From contig JACRNW010000001.1 of NCBI GenBank assembly GCA_016214745.1, positions 67,150 through 131,149 on the forward strand: a stretch of DNA of 64,000 nt, written 5' to 3'. The notes below the pieces were generated by a model. That model worked only from the letters and a program-made list of their open reading frames with translations. It searched no databases and was not told where the DNA came from. Below, in pieces: positions 10,232 to 21,847 of this stretch (the first letter of the stretch is position 1; every line of letters starts with the position of its first letter). The position numbers and the translations under genes were made by a program. Source of the stretch: Candidatus Falkowbacteria bacterium (GTDB taxonomy: Bacteria > Patescibacteriota > Patescibacteriia > XYB2-FULL-38-15).

Positions 10232-10264
10232 AAAAAGAGACGGGAACTGCCCATCTCTTTTTTT
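10232..10264 (-). terminator. Intrinsic terminator (possibly bidirectional)
   Basis: aaaaagagacggg-aactg-cccatctcttttttt, downstream of the 10278 stop. Confidence 0.6.
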
Positions 10265-10277
10265 GCTATAAAATTGG

Positions 10278-13200
10278 CTAGTAAATCTTCATCAGCATTT
10301 CTTCCGCGCCGGTGATATCCGCGCCGTTGGCGTAAGAAAGTGTGGTAGGAATTGCGAGGATATTTTCGCTCCGGAAATTATTGGCGGTGAAACCGGCCGC
10401 GGTGACTTTTCTTTTTTCCGCACCCTGGATGTAGTAGACGTCGGTTGTGCCAGAATATTGGACAAGCGCGCCGGTCGGGTGAGTGTCGGTTGAAATATCG
10501 GAACCAAAAAAATAATCGCCCCAGAAAGCAAGAGGCACATCTATGATCTTCGTCGCCCAGTTGCCGCCGTAGAGAGTTTTAATTCTTGTTTCAGTCGGAA
10601 TCCATCGGAGGAGACCGTTTGGTTCAACCGCGTAGACCTTTGGGTTGGTATCAATTTTCACGAGCACGGTGCCGGGACGAACTGTCACATTCTTGCCCAG
10701 AGGAATGGCCCGAAGTTCCTCGGCCGTGACGCTTTTTACGTTGCTCCAATCCGGATACCAACTCTTGTAAGTTTTCTCATTAGGGAAAATATGGCGCTTG
10801 TTGTCCGAGCCAAAGTAATAAACCGTAGTGCTCAAAGGACTCTTGAAGAGATCCCCCGCCACAAGACCGGCTGGATTTTCCGCCGAAGGTGGGGTCTCTG
10901 CTCCCGGTGGCGGAGGCGTGGTATAAGTAATCGTGAAATCCGCGTCGGAAATATCAGAAGCGACAAAGACGCCACTCTCGTCATGTCCTTCAACTTTAAT
11001 CTTTACCGTACTGCTCGGAACGTTAGGAACTGTCCAAGAATATGTGCCGTCATTATTTTCATTCGTGGCAATTGTATATGGGAAATTCACACCGCGATCT
11101 AGAGAATAATAGATTTTTACTTTAGTAATTGTCGTGCTCGTAGAGGACCAAGTAATGTTCTTGCTCGAGAGACCGGCCCAAGATTCGCCGCCGTTTGGAG
11201 ACAAAACCATGACAGAAGCAGGCAATCCTCCGCCGCCTCCGCCTCCTCCTCCGCCAGCCGCGACAGTGGTGAAGCTGAAGGGATTGGCAACCGGACCGGC
11301 CGCGAGATTGCCATCACCGGCAGCTGCCGAGGCAATTGTTCCAGCCAGAGTAATGGTGTATATCTGCATACCGGCAAAGGCGTCATGAGCAGCGTAGGTT
11401 AAAACTGTGTCGCCAGAAGTCCAACCCGCCGCGCCAAGAGTGAATGAAGGAAGTCTCGTGATCGCGCCAGTAACAGAGGCCTGGGTCATGGCTTCGGAGA
11501 AAGTGATGACCATGCTCGCGTCCAAAGCCACATCCGTGGCGGCACTGGCTGGAGAAGTGGTGACAATCACCGGAGCCGCACTGTCGGTAAAGGCCGGCGA
11601 GGAAGCAGAAGTAATAGTTTTGCTGGCCGCGGTGTTTGTACCATCAGTCACGGAAGTACCAGCGGTATAGGCAAGGGAGAGATCACCGACGTTTGTTTTA
11701 ACAGTGGTGGTTGTAAAACCATAATCGCACTCGTCAGCGGCGGCAGAACCGCTGTTACATTCAACTGTTCCTTCCACAATTCCGGCAAAGTTCGCGGCGG
11801 AAGTAAGTGCCCAATCAGCACTGCCATTGGCCACGGCGCTGATGTTTTCCGACCAGATTACGCCGATAAGGTCGAGTTTTCCGTCGCTACCCATAGCATC
11901 GTAAAAAGTGGTGGAGACGACAGCCGGAGCGGCGCCGTCGACATATGTAGCCTGAGATTGGTTACCAAGTGTTGTGTTAGTATTTGGAACACCGTCAGCC
12001 AAAGAAAAAAGGTTCTGGGTGGAAACTGCGAGGAGGCTGCTCGTATCGTTTGTGATTACGGCAGTCGCTTCTGTGCCGAGGTCAACGTCGGTTGAAGTAA
12101 CGGCGCCGGTGATAAGGTCAGTGGCGTTCGCGCCAAAAGCCGCACCGGTAAAGGAACCGACGTTGCCAAAAACCAGATCATTCGCCCGAAGAACTGAAGA
12201 TGCGGTAACTGTTTCCGAATAGTCAAAGATTATACGATCAATCTTGCCGTCAAGGTCAACATCTTGGTAAGTAATAGTTTTAATCACCGGGGCCGCGCCA
12301 TCAGTGAAGGCCGGAGAGGAAGCAGAAGTAATGGTCTTACTCGCCGCGGTGTTTGTACCATCAGTCACGGAAGTACCGGCAGTATAGGCAAGACTTAGAT
12401 CACCGACGTTTGTTTTAACAGTGGTGGTTGTAAAGGTGTAAGTAACGACATTCATTGGCGGCCGCGGCACCACTGTTGCAAATAACGGCGGTTTCAGTGA
12501 GAGCGGCAAAATTCGCCGCGGAAGAAATCGCCCAATCAGCGCTGCCATCGGCCACGGCGCTGATATTTTCTGACCAGACAACGGTAATACGATCAAGTTT
12601 TCCGTCGTTAGTTGCCGGCGAAGCATCGTAGAAAGTGGCAGTAAGGACAGCCGGAGCGGCCAAATCTATCATCGTAGCCGGACCAGTTGTGCCAGCAGGA
12701 TTTAAGGCAGCATCCACAACGCTATTGTTGGTATCATCATTGTCATAGGCAATGGTCGGAGCGGTCGCACTGTTAGTTTCGCCCGCATCGGCTGTGACGG
12801 TAATGTCTTTATCCGTACCAAGACCCGGACTATCAGTTGCAACGGAAAAGGTTGCATTAATATCGCCGCCGACAATTGTCCAATCAACCGCCGTGCTGCC
12901 CGTCATTGTTACGGACTCTGACCAGGTGACGCGAAGTGTATCTATCGCGCCATTCCCATCAATATCGCGATATGAACCACCGATCAAAATTGGCGCAGCG
13001 CCGTCGGTTGAGGCAACAGGCGCCCCATCAGTAGCTATGACATTGCCATAGAGATCTTTTAATTTTGTGTTAACCGTGAGTTGCGTATTTGGCGTCGCAC
13101 CGGTGTCCATTGATCCGCTCTCCGTAAAATTCACCCAAAAAATATTATCATTTGCCGCACCGCCGGTAACATAGGCCTCCCCAGCATAGACGGCCACATC

Positions 13201-15054
13201 AAGTGTTATAGTAAAATTATCGTTCAAAGCTTCATCAGTAGTAAAAATAATTCTATCAATCTGGCCGTCGCCGTCAGCATCGGCCGTTACTCTTGAAGTG
13301 ACTACCGGACCCGCTGAGTCAATAGTTTGAGTATTGGCGTTCAAAACCACTGCGTCAGTCGGACCGTCGTTAGTTGAGGACATAAACACACCCACGTCGC
13401 CAGCCGAGCTGGCCACTCCATCAGCGCCCACGTCGTTATAAACCGGAATCTGGAATTTTAATGTTCGGCCATTGGTCGGCGTAATGGTTGTCAAAATTGC
13501 CGCAAAAATTCTTTTTCCGCCAATCGGTATTGCCTGGGTTAGGCCGCTCAACCGCCATTCTTTAGAGTCTCCCGGATTCACAGTCATTGCTCCAAGGCTT
13601 GTATCAACCCCAACCCCCTGAAAAATACCATCTCCGTCGTCAGCCCAAAGAGTAACCGAAGAAATATCAGTTGAGTTGACCGCCGTGCCGGTGTTTTGAA
13701 TACCCATGCCGGCAAGCTGATCGTCTTGCCGGTCCACCACGCTGTTCGGCGCCGCACCGCCGGCCGTTCCTTCGTCTACATAAATACTCTTAGTGGCGTC
13801 AATAGTGCCGGCACCCGTAAATTTACAAACCTGAGTTCCGACGCCGCCGCCATCGCAGTCGGCTACAAAATCAGTTAAGGAATCTCCGGCCGCGACGCCG
13901 CCGCCAACATAAACAGTTACATCAGCCGAAGCGGAGTAAGTAAATTTACCAGCCACGTTTTCAATAAATAAATCATTACCCGGCGTCCAAAGAGCATTGA
14001 CTTCTTTCACCCAACCGGCTGTAGCGGCAACGTTTGTCCCGGTATCGCCATCAGTCGGGGTTCCTAAAACAACGCTCTCCGCAACAATCGCGGTCAAACG
14101 ATTATCACCGGCGCTCACTCCGTTGGCTCCTGAATTATTAATATCGTCATAAACGTATTCCGTGCCTACCGCCCAAATTCCATCACCTCCCGTAACTTTA
14201 CCCTGCGTGAGCGCCTCGATTACTGTGAGGCAATCCGCATCCGCAGGACACGCGACAACAGAACCAACCGCGCCGCCAGCTGTCGCCGTAACTCTCGTAT
14301 CGCCAGTGGTCACCGTGAGACTCGTATCGACGTCAATGTAAACATCTTCAGCGGCATCCCACTGATTTGCCGTGCCGCCAAGCGTTACCGTGGGATTCGT
14401 CAGAGCTGTAAGTGAAAGTGCAATATCACCATTTCCCCCGGCCACTGCGGCTTCGGCGCTTTTATTGGAAATATATCTTAGGTTGGCGTCAGAATCTTGC
14501 CAGACGTTGGTCGGAGTCACCACACTATCGGCTACAACATTATCCCCCCCAACAATATCATACAGGGAATCTCCTCCGCTTAAAGCAGTAGCGCCGGCTG
14601 TATTTGTTGCCGTGCCATCAGCGTCAACCAAAGTATCCGCCGCCGAAGTGTAAACGCTATCCGCATCAAGATCGCGGATGACCGCCTCTGTGTCGCCTCC
14701 TTGGAAACCGGCTGCGCCAGCATCTTTATAACCAACGCCGCTAGTTGTTCCCAAAGCCGGAATCGCGGTTAGCGTACTTCCCTGCCAATAATTAATGCCC
14801 GAATTTTGCATTAAAATATCGGCCGTGTAGGCGCCACTGTTCCAGGCGTCGGGAATAACCACATTCATAACTGCCGTCATACTAGAGGATGGACCAATAG
14901 TTACGGTCGCCGCACCGGTATTTGTGAAATTAACCTGCAACGAAGCCTCGGTGAACAGAATCGGATAAATTAAAAATCCGATCATTGATGCGGCCACCAC
15001 AAAATAGGTCGCCACAAACAAGATCGGAAAACGTTTTCGGATAAACCTTGCCAT
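10278..15054 (-). CDS. Very large S-layer-like surface protein, split by a frameshift near 12445 (ORFs 12415..15054 and 10278..12626)
   Basis: N-terminal TM/signal, DxDxDG-containing Ig-like modules, shared C-terminal domain; the module AAANEC/YTFTTTTVKTNVGD is broken, while its later copy AAADECDYGFTTTTVKTNVGD is intact. Confidence 0.75.
12301..12441. repeat. 141-bp exact repeat, copy 1 (copy 2 at 19790..19930)
   Basis: Base-by-base identity from tcagtgaagg to aaaggtgtaa, with mismatches on both sides. Confidence 0.85.
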
Positions 15055-15221
15055 AGTTTTTGAATTTAGAGTTTAGAATCTAGACTCTATCAAAGTAGAA
15101 TCTATAAATTAAAATTATTTATATAAAATTTTTATAAATAAAACTAATTGCCCTTTTCAAGAGATTCTATTTTTTTACTATTATACCCATAAACATATTA
15201 TACCAAAAAAATAAAATAACT

Positions 15222-15255
15222 AAAAGAGGCGGATCTTCCAACCCGCCCCTTTTTT
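15222..15255 (-). terminator. Intrinsic terminator
   Basis: aaaagaggcgg...ccgccccttttt just downstream of the 15274 stop. Confidence 0.55.
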
Positions 15256-15273
15256 ATTCATATCAGGAGTTCT

Positions 15274-18030
15274 CTAATAAATCCTGGACAGGGCCATCTC
15301 TTCTGCGACAAGCGGTGTGCCCAAAGTGTAAGACAGGGCCGTCGATACAGAAAGAACATTTGACAACTGGAAGTGATTTCCTGTAAAGCCGGCGGTGGAG
15401 ATTAGACGCTTTTCCGTGCCCTGGATGTAATATTTTTCAGTTGAACCAGTGTATTGAACCAAGGCGCCGGTCGGATGTTTGTCGGTTGTGACATCACTTC
15501 CAAAAGTGTAGTCAACCCAGAAGATGACTGGGACATCAATGATCTTCGTCGCCCAAGTGGAGCCGTAAAGAGTGGCGGCGCGAGCTTCGGTCGGAACCCA
15601 GCGAAGGAGTCCGCCCGGTTCAACGGCGTAGACTTTGGGATCAGTCTGGATTTTGACTAGAACTGTGCCGGCCCTGACCGTGACGTTATGGCCCAAAGAA
15701 ATGCCCTGGAGTTGAGAGGCGGAAATAGTCTTGATACCGGTGAAATCCACATACCAACTCTTGTAAGTCTTTTCATTTGGGAAGACGTGGCGTTTCCCAT
15801 CAGAACCATAGTAATAAACTGAAGAACTGAGACTGCTCTTAACCAAATCTCCGACGCTCAAAGAAACTGGAGTTTCACCAGGCGTGCCGGGAGCGGCAAA
15901 GGAGACTGAAGCGGTTTGAGTAAGAACCACGCCCGCGGCAGTAGCCGTGTAAGTTGAAGTGCCGGCTGTGCTTGATTTAACTTCAAAGGTGGCAACACCG
16001 TTCGTGCCAGTTGTGCCGGTCACGGTCGTAACCGTATCAGAAGCGCCGCGCGAAGAAGCGAGGGTCACAGTCTTGCCGGAAAGCAAATTAGAACTTGAGT
16101 CTTTGACGGTGACCGTAACAGTTGATTTGGAAGTTCCATTAGCTGTGACTGATGTTGGCGAAGCAACAACCGTGGAATTGGAAACGGAAACCGCGGAAGT
16201 AGAGTAAGTGATAGTAAAATTTGAATCGGAAATATCATTTAAGCTGCCACTCACCACTTTAACCTTTGCCGTGCTTGTGGCAACGTTCGGAACAGTCCAG
16301 GTGTATGAACCATCGTTCGTTTCGTTCGTCGCTATTGTGTTTAGAAAATTAATACCACTGTCGGTTGAATAATAGAGGCTAACCGGGTCGCTATTACTAA
16401 CAGTCGACCAGGTGATATTGTAAGATCCACCTCCGGTCAGAGTTTCACCGCCGTTTGGAGTTGTGACAGTGATAGACGCAGGCAATGATGCGGCACCGCC
16501 TCCACCGCTTGAAGCTCCAACTGTGGTAAAGTCAAAAGGATTGGCCACTGGACCAGCGCCAAGATTTCCGTCAGTCCCAGCCGCTGAAGCGATTGTTCCG
16601 GCTAAGGTGATGATATAATTCTGCATGCCGGCAAAAGCATCGTGAGCAGAGTAAGTAAGAATTGTACTTGCAGCATTCCATGATGCCGCGCCAAGAGTAA
16701 ATGCTGGAGCTCTGGCAATCGCGCCCGTGACGGAAGCTTCAGTCATAGTCTCAGAGAAAGTGATGACCAAGTTCGCATCCAGTGCCACATCTGTGACGTT
16801 GTCTACCGGAGAGGTGGTCGCGATGACCGGGGCCGCGCCATCAACTAAAGATATTGGACCAAAAGTGGGAGTGTTATTACTGCCGCCCCCATCATTAATA
16901 TTATTGGTGTTATTGGTATAAGTAATGGTTGGTTCAATACCTGCTAGCGTTTGCTTACCGGTTCTCGCGGCAGTGGCGTCAACCGTACCAGTGCCAACGT
17001 CAGTGCAAGTAATAGTGGCTAATGTTCCTGAACCCGCGCATTCGGCGAGGGCAAAGTCACCAACAAGTCCAATATCTCCGGCCGTGGAGAATGCCCAATC
17101 CGCGGCAGTAATAGCGGAAAAAGTCGTTATCTCGGAAAAGGCAAAAGCCACGCGGTCAACTTTTCCGTCAGCAGTAGAATCTGAGTAAGTCGCGGAGATC
17201 ATAAACGGCGCGGCGCCATCTATGTATAACGCTTGGGTTTGGCCGGCGAGCGTTGCGTTGGTATTTGGGATACCGTCAACCAAAGAGAACGCATTTTGAG
17301 TGGTGACCAAAAAGCCTGTGGCGTCATTTGTGTCAACAGCAGTTGCCTCAGTACCAAGGTTGACGTCAGTTGAAGTGACGGAACCAGTGATAAGATCTGT
17401 GGCATCAGCGCCAAAAGCCATGCCGGTAAAATCTCCAGCCGTAGTGGATAAATCATTGGCCGCGAGAACTGAAGCGGCAACAACGGTTTCTGTATAAGCA
17501 AATGTCATGCGGTCAATTTTTCCGTCGGCATCAGCGTCTTTGTAAGTAATTGTTTTAATGAATGGTTTTGAAGCGTCAGTAGCCGTGAAGGTTGACGTGC
17601 CGTCATTTGCATCGGCGACTACACTCGCTAATGTACCTTGATTTGTATAAGTAATTTGCGGATCCGTGACTCCACCAGTAGTCTGTGGCGTAGTAATTAC
17701 GCCTACATCAATGTACTCGTCAGTCGTACAAGTAGCGGAATTGGTAAAACCAACAAAGAGGGTTACACCTATCGTTCCGGTCTCAGCTACAGTCCAATCG
17801 CCAGGTTCGTAAGTGCAGGCTGTAACGTCCGTAAAGGTAAGTCTAATATTATCAACTGTTCCATTAGCATCAGCGTCTATGTATGTGGTAGTGAGAGGTG
17901 CCAGGGCAGCCGCTTTTGCCAAATGAACCGGCATGCTGTACCAAACGCCGAGAGAAATGCTTATGATCATGAGCATTACCACCGACCATGGCAATACTTT
18001 GAAAAATCCTTTTTTGATTCTTTCTGCCAT
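15274..18030 (-). CDS. S-layer-like surface protein with Ig-like domains and shared C-terminal domain
   Basis: Signal/TM; DADADGKIDR modules; PNGGE domain; Big_1-like repeat; C-terminal GDLVKSSLSSSVYYYGSDGKRHVFPNEKTY. Confidence 0.8.
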   Translation of the reverse strand: MAERIKKGFFKVLPWSVVMLMIISISLGVWYSMPVHLAKAAALAPLTTTYIDADANGTVDNIRLTFTDVTACTYEPGDWTVAETGTIGVTLFVGFTNSATCTTDEYIDVGVITTPQTTGGVTDPQITYTNQGTLASVVADANDGTSTFTATDASKPFIKTITYKDADADGKIDRMTFAYTETVVAASVLAANDLSTTAGDFTGMAFGADATDLITGSVTSTDVNLGTEATAVDTNDATGFLVTTQNAFSLVDGIPNTNATLAGQTQALYIDGAAPFMISATYSDSTADGKVDRVAFAFSEITTFSAITAADWAFSTAGDIGLVGDFALAECAGSGTLATITCTDVGTGTVDATAARTGKQTLAGIEPTITYTNNTNNINDGGGSNNTPTFGPISLVDGAAPVIATTSPVDNVTDVALDANLVITFSETMTEASVTGAIARAPAFTLGAASWNAASTILTYSAHDAFAGMQNYIITLAGTIASAAGTDGNLGAGPVANPFDFTTVGASSGGGGAASLPASITVTTPNGGETLTGGGSYNITWSTVSNSDPVSLYYSTDSGINFLNTIATNETNDGSYTWTVPNVATSTAKVKVVSGSLNDISDSNFTITYSTSAVSVSNSTVVASPTSVTANGTSKSTVTVTVKDSSSNLLSGKTVTLASSRGASDTVTTVTGTTGTNGVATFEVKSSTAGTSTYTATAAGVVLTQTASVSFAAPGTPGETPVSLSVGDLVKSSLSSSVYYYGSDGKRHVFPNEKTYKSWYVDFTGIKTISASQLQGISLGHNVTVRAGTVLVKIQTDPKVYAVEPGGLLRWVPTEARAATLYGSTWATKIIDVPVIFWVDYTFGSDVTTDKHPTGALVQYTGSTEKYYIQGTEKRLISTAGFTGNHFQLSNVLSVSTALSYTLGTPLVAEEMALSRIY

Positions 18031-18142
18031 AAATTTGAAATCTAGAATCTAGAAAATAGAATCTAGAAGATTAAAATTAGATTATATTATATGAAACGAA
18101 TTATCCACAAGTATATTACACCTAGTCGTCATCATTATACCA

Positions 18143-18177
18143 TAAAAAACCAGACCGGGGAAACCGGCCTGGTTTTT
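18143..18177 (-). terminator. Intrinsic terminator
   Basis: aaaaaaccag-accgg-ggaaa-ccggc-ctggttttt. Confidence 0.6.
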
Positions 18178-18195
18178 ATCTTATTCTATCTGGTT

Positions 18196-21100
18196 CTAAT
18201 AAATCCTGGTCAACGCTGTCTCCTCGGCAGTGATTGGCGTGCCAAGGGTGTAGGATATAGTAGTCGGAGCAGAGAGAACATTGGACAACAGAAACTTGTT
18301 GGCCGTGAAACCAGCAGTGGAGATCAAGCGTCTTTCCGCGCCCTGGATGTAATACTTGTCCGTTGTGCCAGTGTATTGGATCAGAGCACCGGTCGGATGT
18401 TGATCGGTCGTGATGTCGCTTCCGAAAGTGTAATCAACCCAGAAGATGACTGGGACGTCAATAATCTTTGTCGCCCAAGCAGAGCCGTAAAGAGTCGTGG
18501 CGCGAGCTTCGGTCGGAACCCAGCGGAGAAGTCCGCCTGGTTCAACGGCGTAGACTTTGGGATCAGTCTGAATCTTCACAAGCACGGTGCCGGGACGAAC
18601 TTTAACGTTCGCGCCCAAAGCAATACCTTGCAATTGCGAAGCTGTGACGGACTTGATACCGCTAAAGTCAACATACCATGACTTGTAGGTCTTTTCATTT
18701 GGGAAGACATGGCGTTTATTGTCGGAACCGTAATAGTAGACTGAAGTAGAGAGCGGGCTCTTAATTAAGTCACCGACAGAAAGCGCAGTTGGCGTTTCAC
18801 CAGCGCCAGGCGTAGTTGGCGCGCCCACGGCCGTAAAGACAACGGAGACAGTGCTCGTAAGAACCGTGCCGGCGGCAGTAACCGTGTAGGTTGAAGTACC
18901 GGCCGTGCTTGAGTAGACGTTGAAGGTGGCTTTGCCATCCGCGCCGGTTGTGCCGGTTACGGTTGTAATCGTGTCAGATGAACCACGACTTGAAGCAAGA
19001 GTCACGACTTTGCCCGAGAGCGGCACGCTCGCGGCGTCCTTCACGGTCACGGTGATAATTGAGAAACTCGTGCCATTAGCCACGACTGAAGTTGGGGAAG
19101 CTACGATGGTGGAGTTCGCGACTGAAACCGTGGGTGTTGTGTAGGTAATAGCGAAATTGGAATCTGATATATCATTCAATGAGCCGGCCACTGCTTTTAC
19201 TTTGACAGTGCTGGAAGTGATATTCGGCACGGTCCAAGCGTAAGAGCCATCATTCGTTTCATTCGTAGCAATGGTGTATGGGAAATTAATACCGGAATCA
19301 AGCGAATAGTAGAGATTCACGGTGTCGGTCACACCCGTAGCAGACCAAGTGATGTTGTGGCTTGAACCACCAGCCCAAGATTCGCCGCCGTTTGGAGCGG
19401 TGACTGTCATTGAAGCCGGCAGCCCTCCTCCGCCTCCACCGCCGCCGCTAGAAGCCGCGACGGTCGTAAAGGTGTAAGGATCAGCTACTATGGCTGAATT
19501 ATCAAGAGTGCTGTCTCCTGCGGCCGCCGAATTAATTGATCCTTGGACCAAATCAATTGTATAGATTTGCAGACCAGCCCAAGCATCATGCGAAGCGTAA
19601 GTGACCACCGTGTTGCCAGAAGACCAAACAGCTGAACCGAGGGCAAAAGTAGGAGATCTGCCGAGAGTAGTTGTTGTGATATCAGTCGTAGTCATCGCTT
19701 CCGAGAAAGTGATAGAGAAGCTGGCGTCCAAGGCAACGCTTGTCGCGCCGTCGGCCGGAGAGGTGGAAGCAACAACCGGATTTGCACCGTCAGTGAAGGC
19801 CGGAGAGGAAGCAGAAGTAATGGTCTTACTCGCCGCGGTGTTTGTACCATCAGTCACGGAAGTACCGGCAGTATAGGCAAGACTTAGATCACCGACGTTT
19901 GTTTTAACAGTGGTGGTTGTAAAGGTGTAACAGCCACGGTTTCAGCATCAGCCATTTCGTTGTTGGCCGGAGAAGTGTCGTCAATCTGACCGGCTGCGGC
20001 AACCGTGTAAGTCGGAGTCACTGTGATGGCGGTGTTAGATGTGGCAGAAACAGTGATGTTTAAATTTAAAATGGCGCTAGCGGTGCCCGCGTAATTAGCG
20101 TTGTCAATAGTAGCCGTGCCGGATGAAGCGACCAGTGTAATGGCCGGGAAGCCATCACCAGCGTTGCCATCAGTCACGTCAGAACTTTCGCTAAAGGTCA
20201 AGACAAGGCGGTCAACCGTACCGTCAGAATTGTTGTCTCCAGTAAGAGCGGAAATGAAAGCCGGAGCGGCGCCATCAGCGCCAACCACGGTCTCGCCATT
20301 GGCCATTTCGTTCACCGTGTCAGAGATGCTGCCCGCGCCAGCTGTGGCATAGGTCGGATCAATCGTGATCGCGGTGTTGCCAGTGGCTGAAACGGAAATA
20401 GTGTAGGTTAAAGTGGTAGTTCCGACCGCGCCATAGACACCGGCGGTGACAGTGGCCGTGCCAGAAGAAGCAACCAAAGTGATATCATCGTCAGTGCCGC
20501 CATCAGTGACAGTCACTGGTTCTGAGAAGGTCATGACTAAGCGGTCAACCGTACCGTCAGAATTGTTGTCTCCAGTAAGAGCGGAAATGAAAGCCGGAGC
20601 GGCGCCGTCGGTGCCAGCTACAGACGCTGTGTTGGCCATTTCGTTGTTGGCCGGGGCGACATCATCAATCTGACCGGCTGGAGCAGTGGTATAGGTTGGA
20701 GTCACGGTTAAGGCCGTATTAGCTGTGACAGAAGTCGTGATGTTTAAAGTCAGGGTAGTCGTAGCGGCGGCGGCGTAGTCAGCGTTGTCAATCGTCGCGG
20801 TGCCAGATGAGGCGGCTAAAGTGATGGCCGGGAAACCGTCGCCAGCGTTGCCGTCAGTCACGTCAGAGCTTTCACTGAAGGTCAAGACAAGGCGATCAAC
20901 TGTGCCGTCGGAGTTAGCGTCGCCGGTAAGAGCGGAAATGAAAGCGGGTTTAGCGCCATCGGCACCAACCACGGTTGCAAGGTTGGCCATTTCAGTGCTC
21001 GTCGCCGTATCTGCAATCAGGCCAGCTGGAGCAGTAGCGTAGGTTGGGTCAATAGTAATGGCAGTGTTGCCTGTTGCGCTCACGGTAATATTTAATGTTA

Positions 21101-21434
21101 AAGTTGGAACATTTAGCGCTCCGTAATCAGCGTTGTCAATCGTCGCGGTGCCGGATGAGGCGGCTAAAGTGATAGCCGGGAAACCGTCGCCAGCGTTGCC
21201 GTCAGTGATGTCAACGTTTTCCGAAAAAGTGATTACAAGCCGGTCAACAGTTCCATCCGCGTTATTGTCGACCGTGACAGCTGAACTCATTGTGGGCTGG
21301 GCCGCCAAAGCTGGCAAAACTCCTGGATTTTGAGGGGTTGGCATGGTAAAGGTTGCTACCAAGCCAATCACTAAAAATATTACCACCGACCATGGCAATA
21401 CTTTGAAAAACCCTTTTTTGATCTTTTCTGCCAT
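18196..21434 (-). CDS. S-layer-like surface protein, split near 19930 (ORFs 19884..21434 and 18196..19857)
   Basis: N-terminus MAEKIKKGFFKVLPWSVV nearly identical to the 15274 gene; four DNNSDGTVDRLV repeats; C-terminal domain nearly identical to the 15274 gene. Confidence 0.75.
19790..19930. repeat. 141-bp exact repeat, copy 2 (copy 1 at 12301..12441)
   Basis: Direct comparison; the reading frame breaks at its edge. Confidence 0.85.
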
Positions 21435-21796
21435 ATTTTTGAGTTTACGAATTATGAATTGGGAACTGCGAATAAAATTTTATTCGCAATTAATTCGGCA
21501 ATTCGTCTTTTTATAATTCCTAGCGAGTCCGCAAGCGGTCCGCCTCGGCGGAACATTTGGGACGAGCGACGGAATTTCAAGCGCTGTAGCGCTTATTTTT
21601 CCCGCAAAACAAATGTTCTCGCGGGATAAAGTTATATTTAATTAAATTTATTAGTTAAATTGTCAATTAAACAACAAAAAAATGCCTAAAATTTTAAGCA
21701 TTAACCAAGTCTCTCCCCCTAGAGAAACTTAAAACTAATTCGTTCGTTTGCGAAACGACAAGCACGGGACGATTCATATGAATTTAATCTTCTTTT

Positions 21797-21825
21797 ATTT
21801 TATCACAAAAAAATGAGTCGGTCAA
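21797..21825 (-). promoter_or_regulatory. Sigma70-type promoter for the 21434 surface-protein gene
   Basis: Minus strand cctc-TTGACC-17nt-TAAAAT. Confidence 0.55.
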
Positions 21826-21847
21826 GAGGAAAGTTATCCACAACTTT

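Noticed and set aside
12415-12626. Programmed frameshift or phase variation in the surface genes (also 19884-19930, 42575, 43296)
   Set aside because: There is no slippery site or simple repeat, and all breaks sit at the edge of exact 141-bp repeats, which points to assembly joins.
21700-21780. Riboswitch in the surface-protein leader
   Set aside because: Hairpins are present, but I could not match the conserved core of any known riboswitch class.
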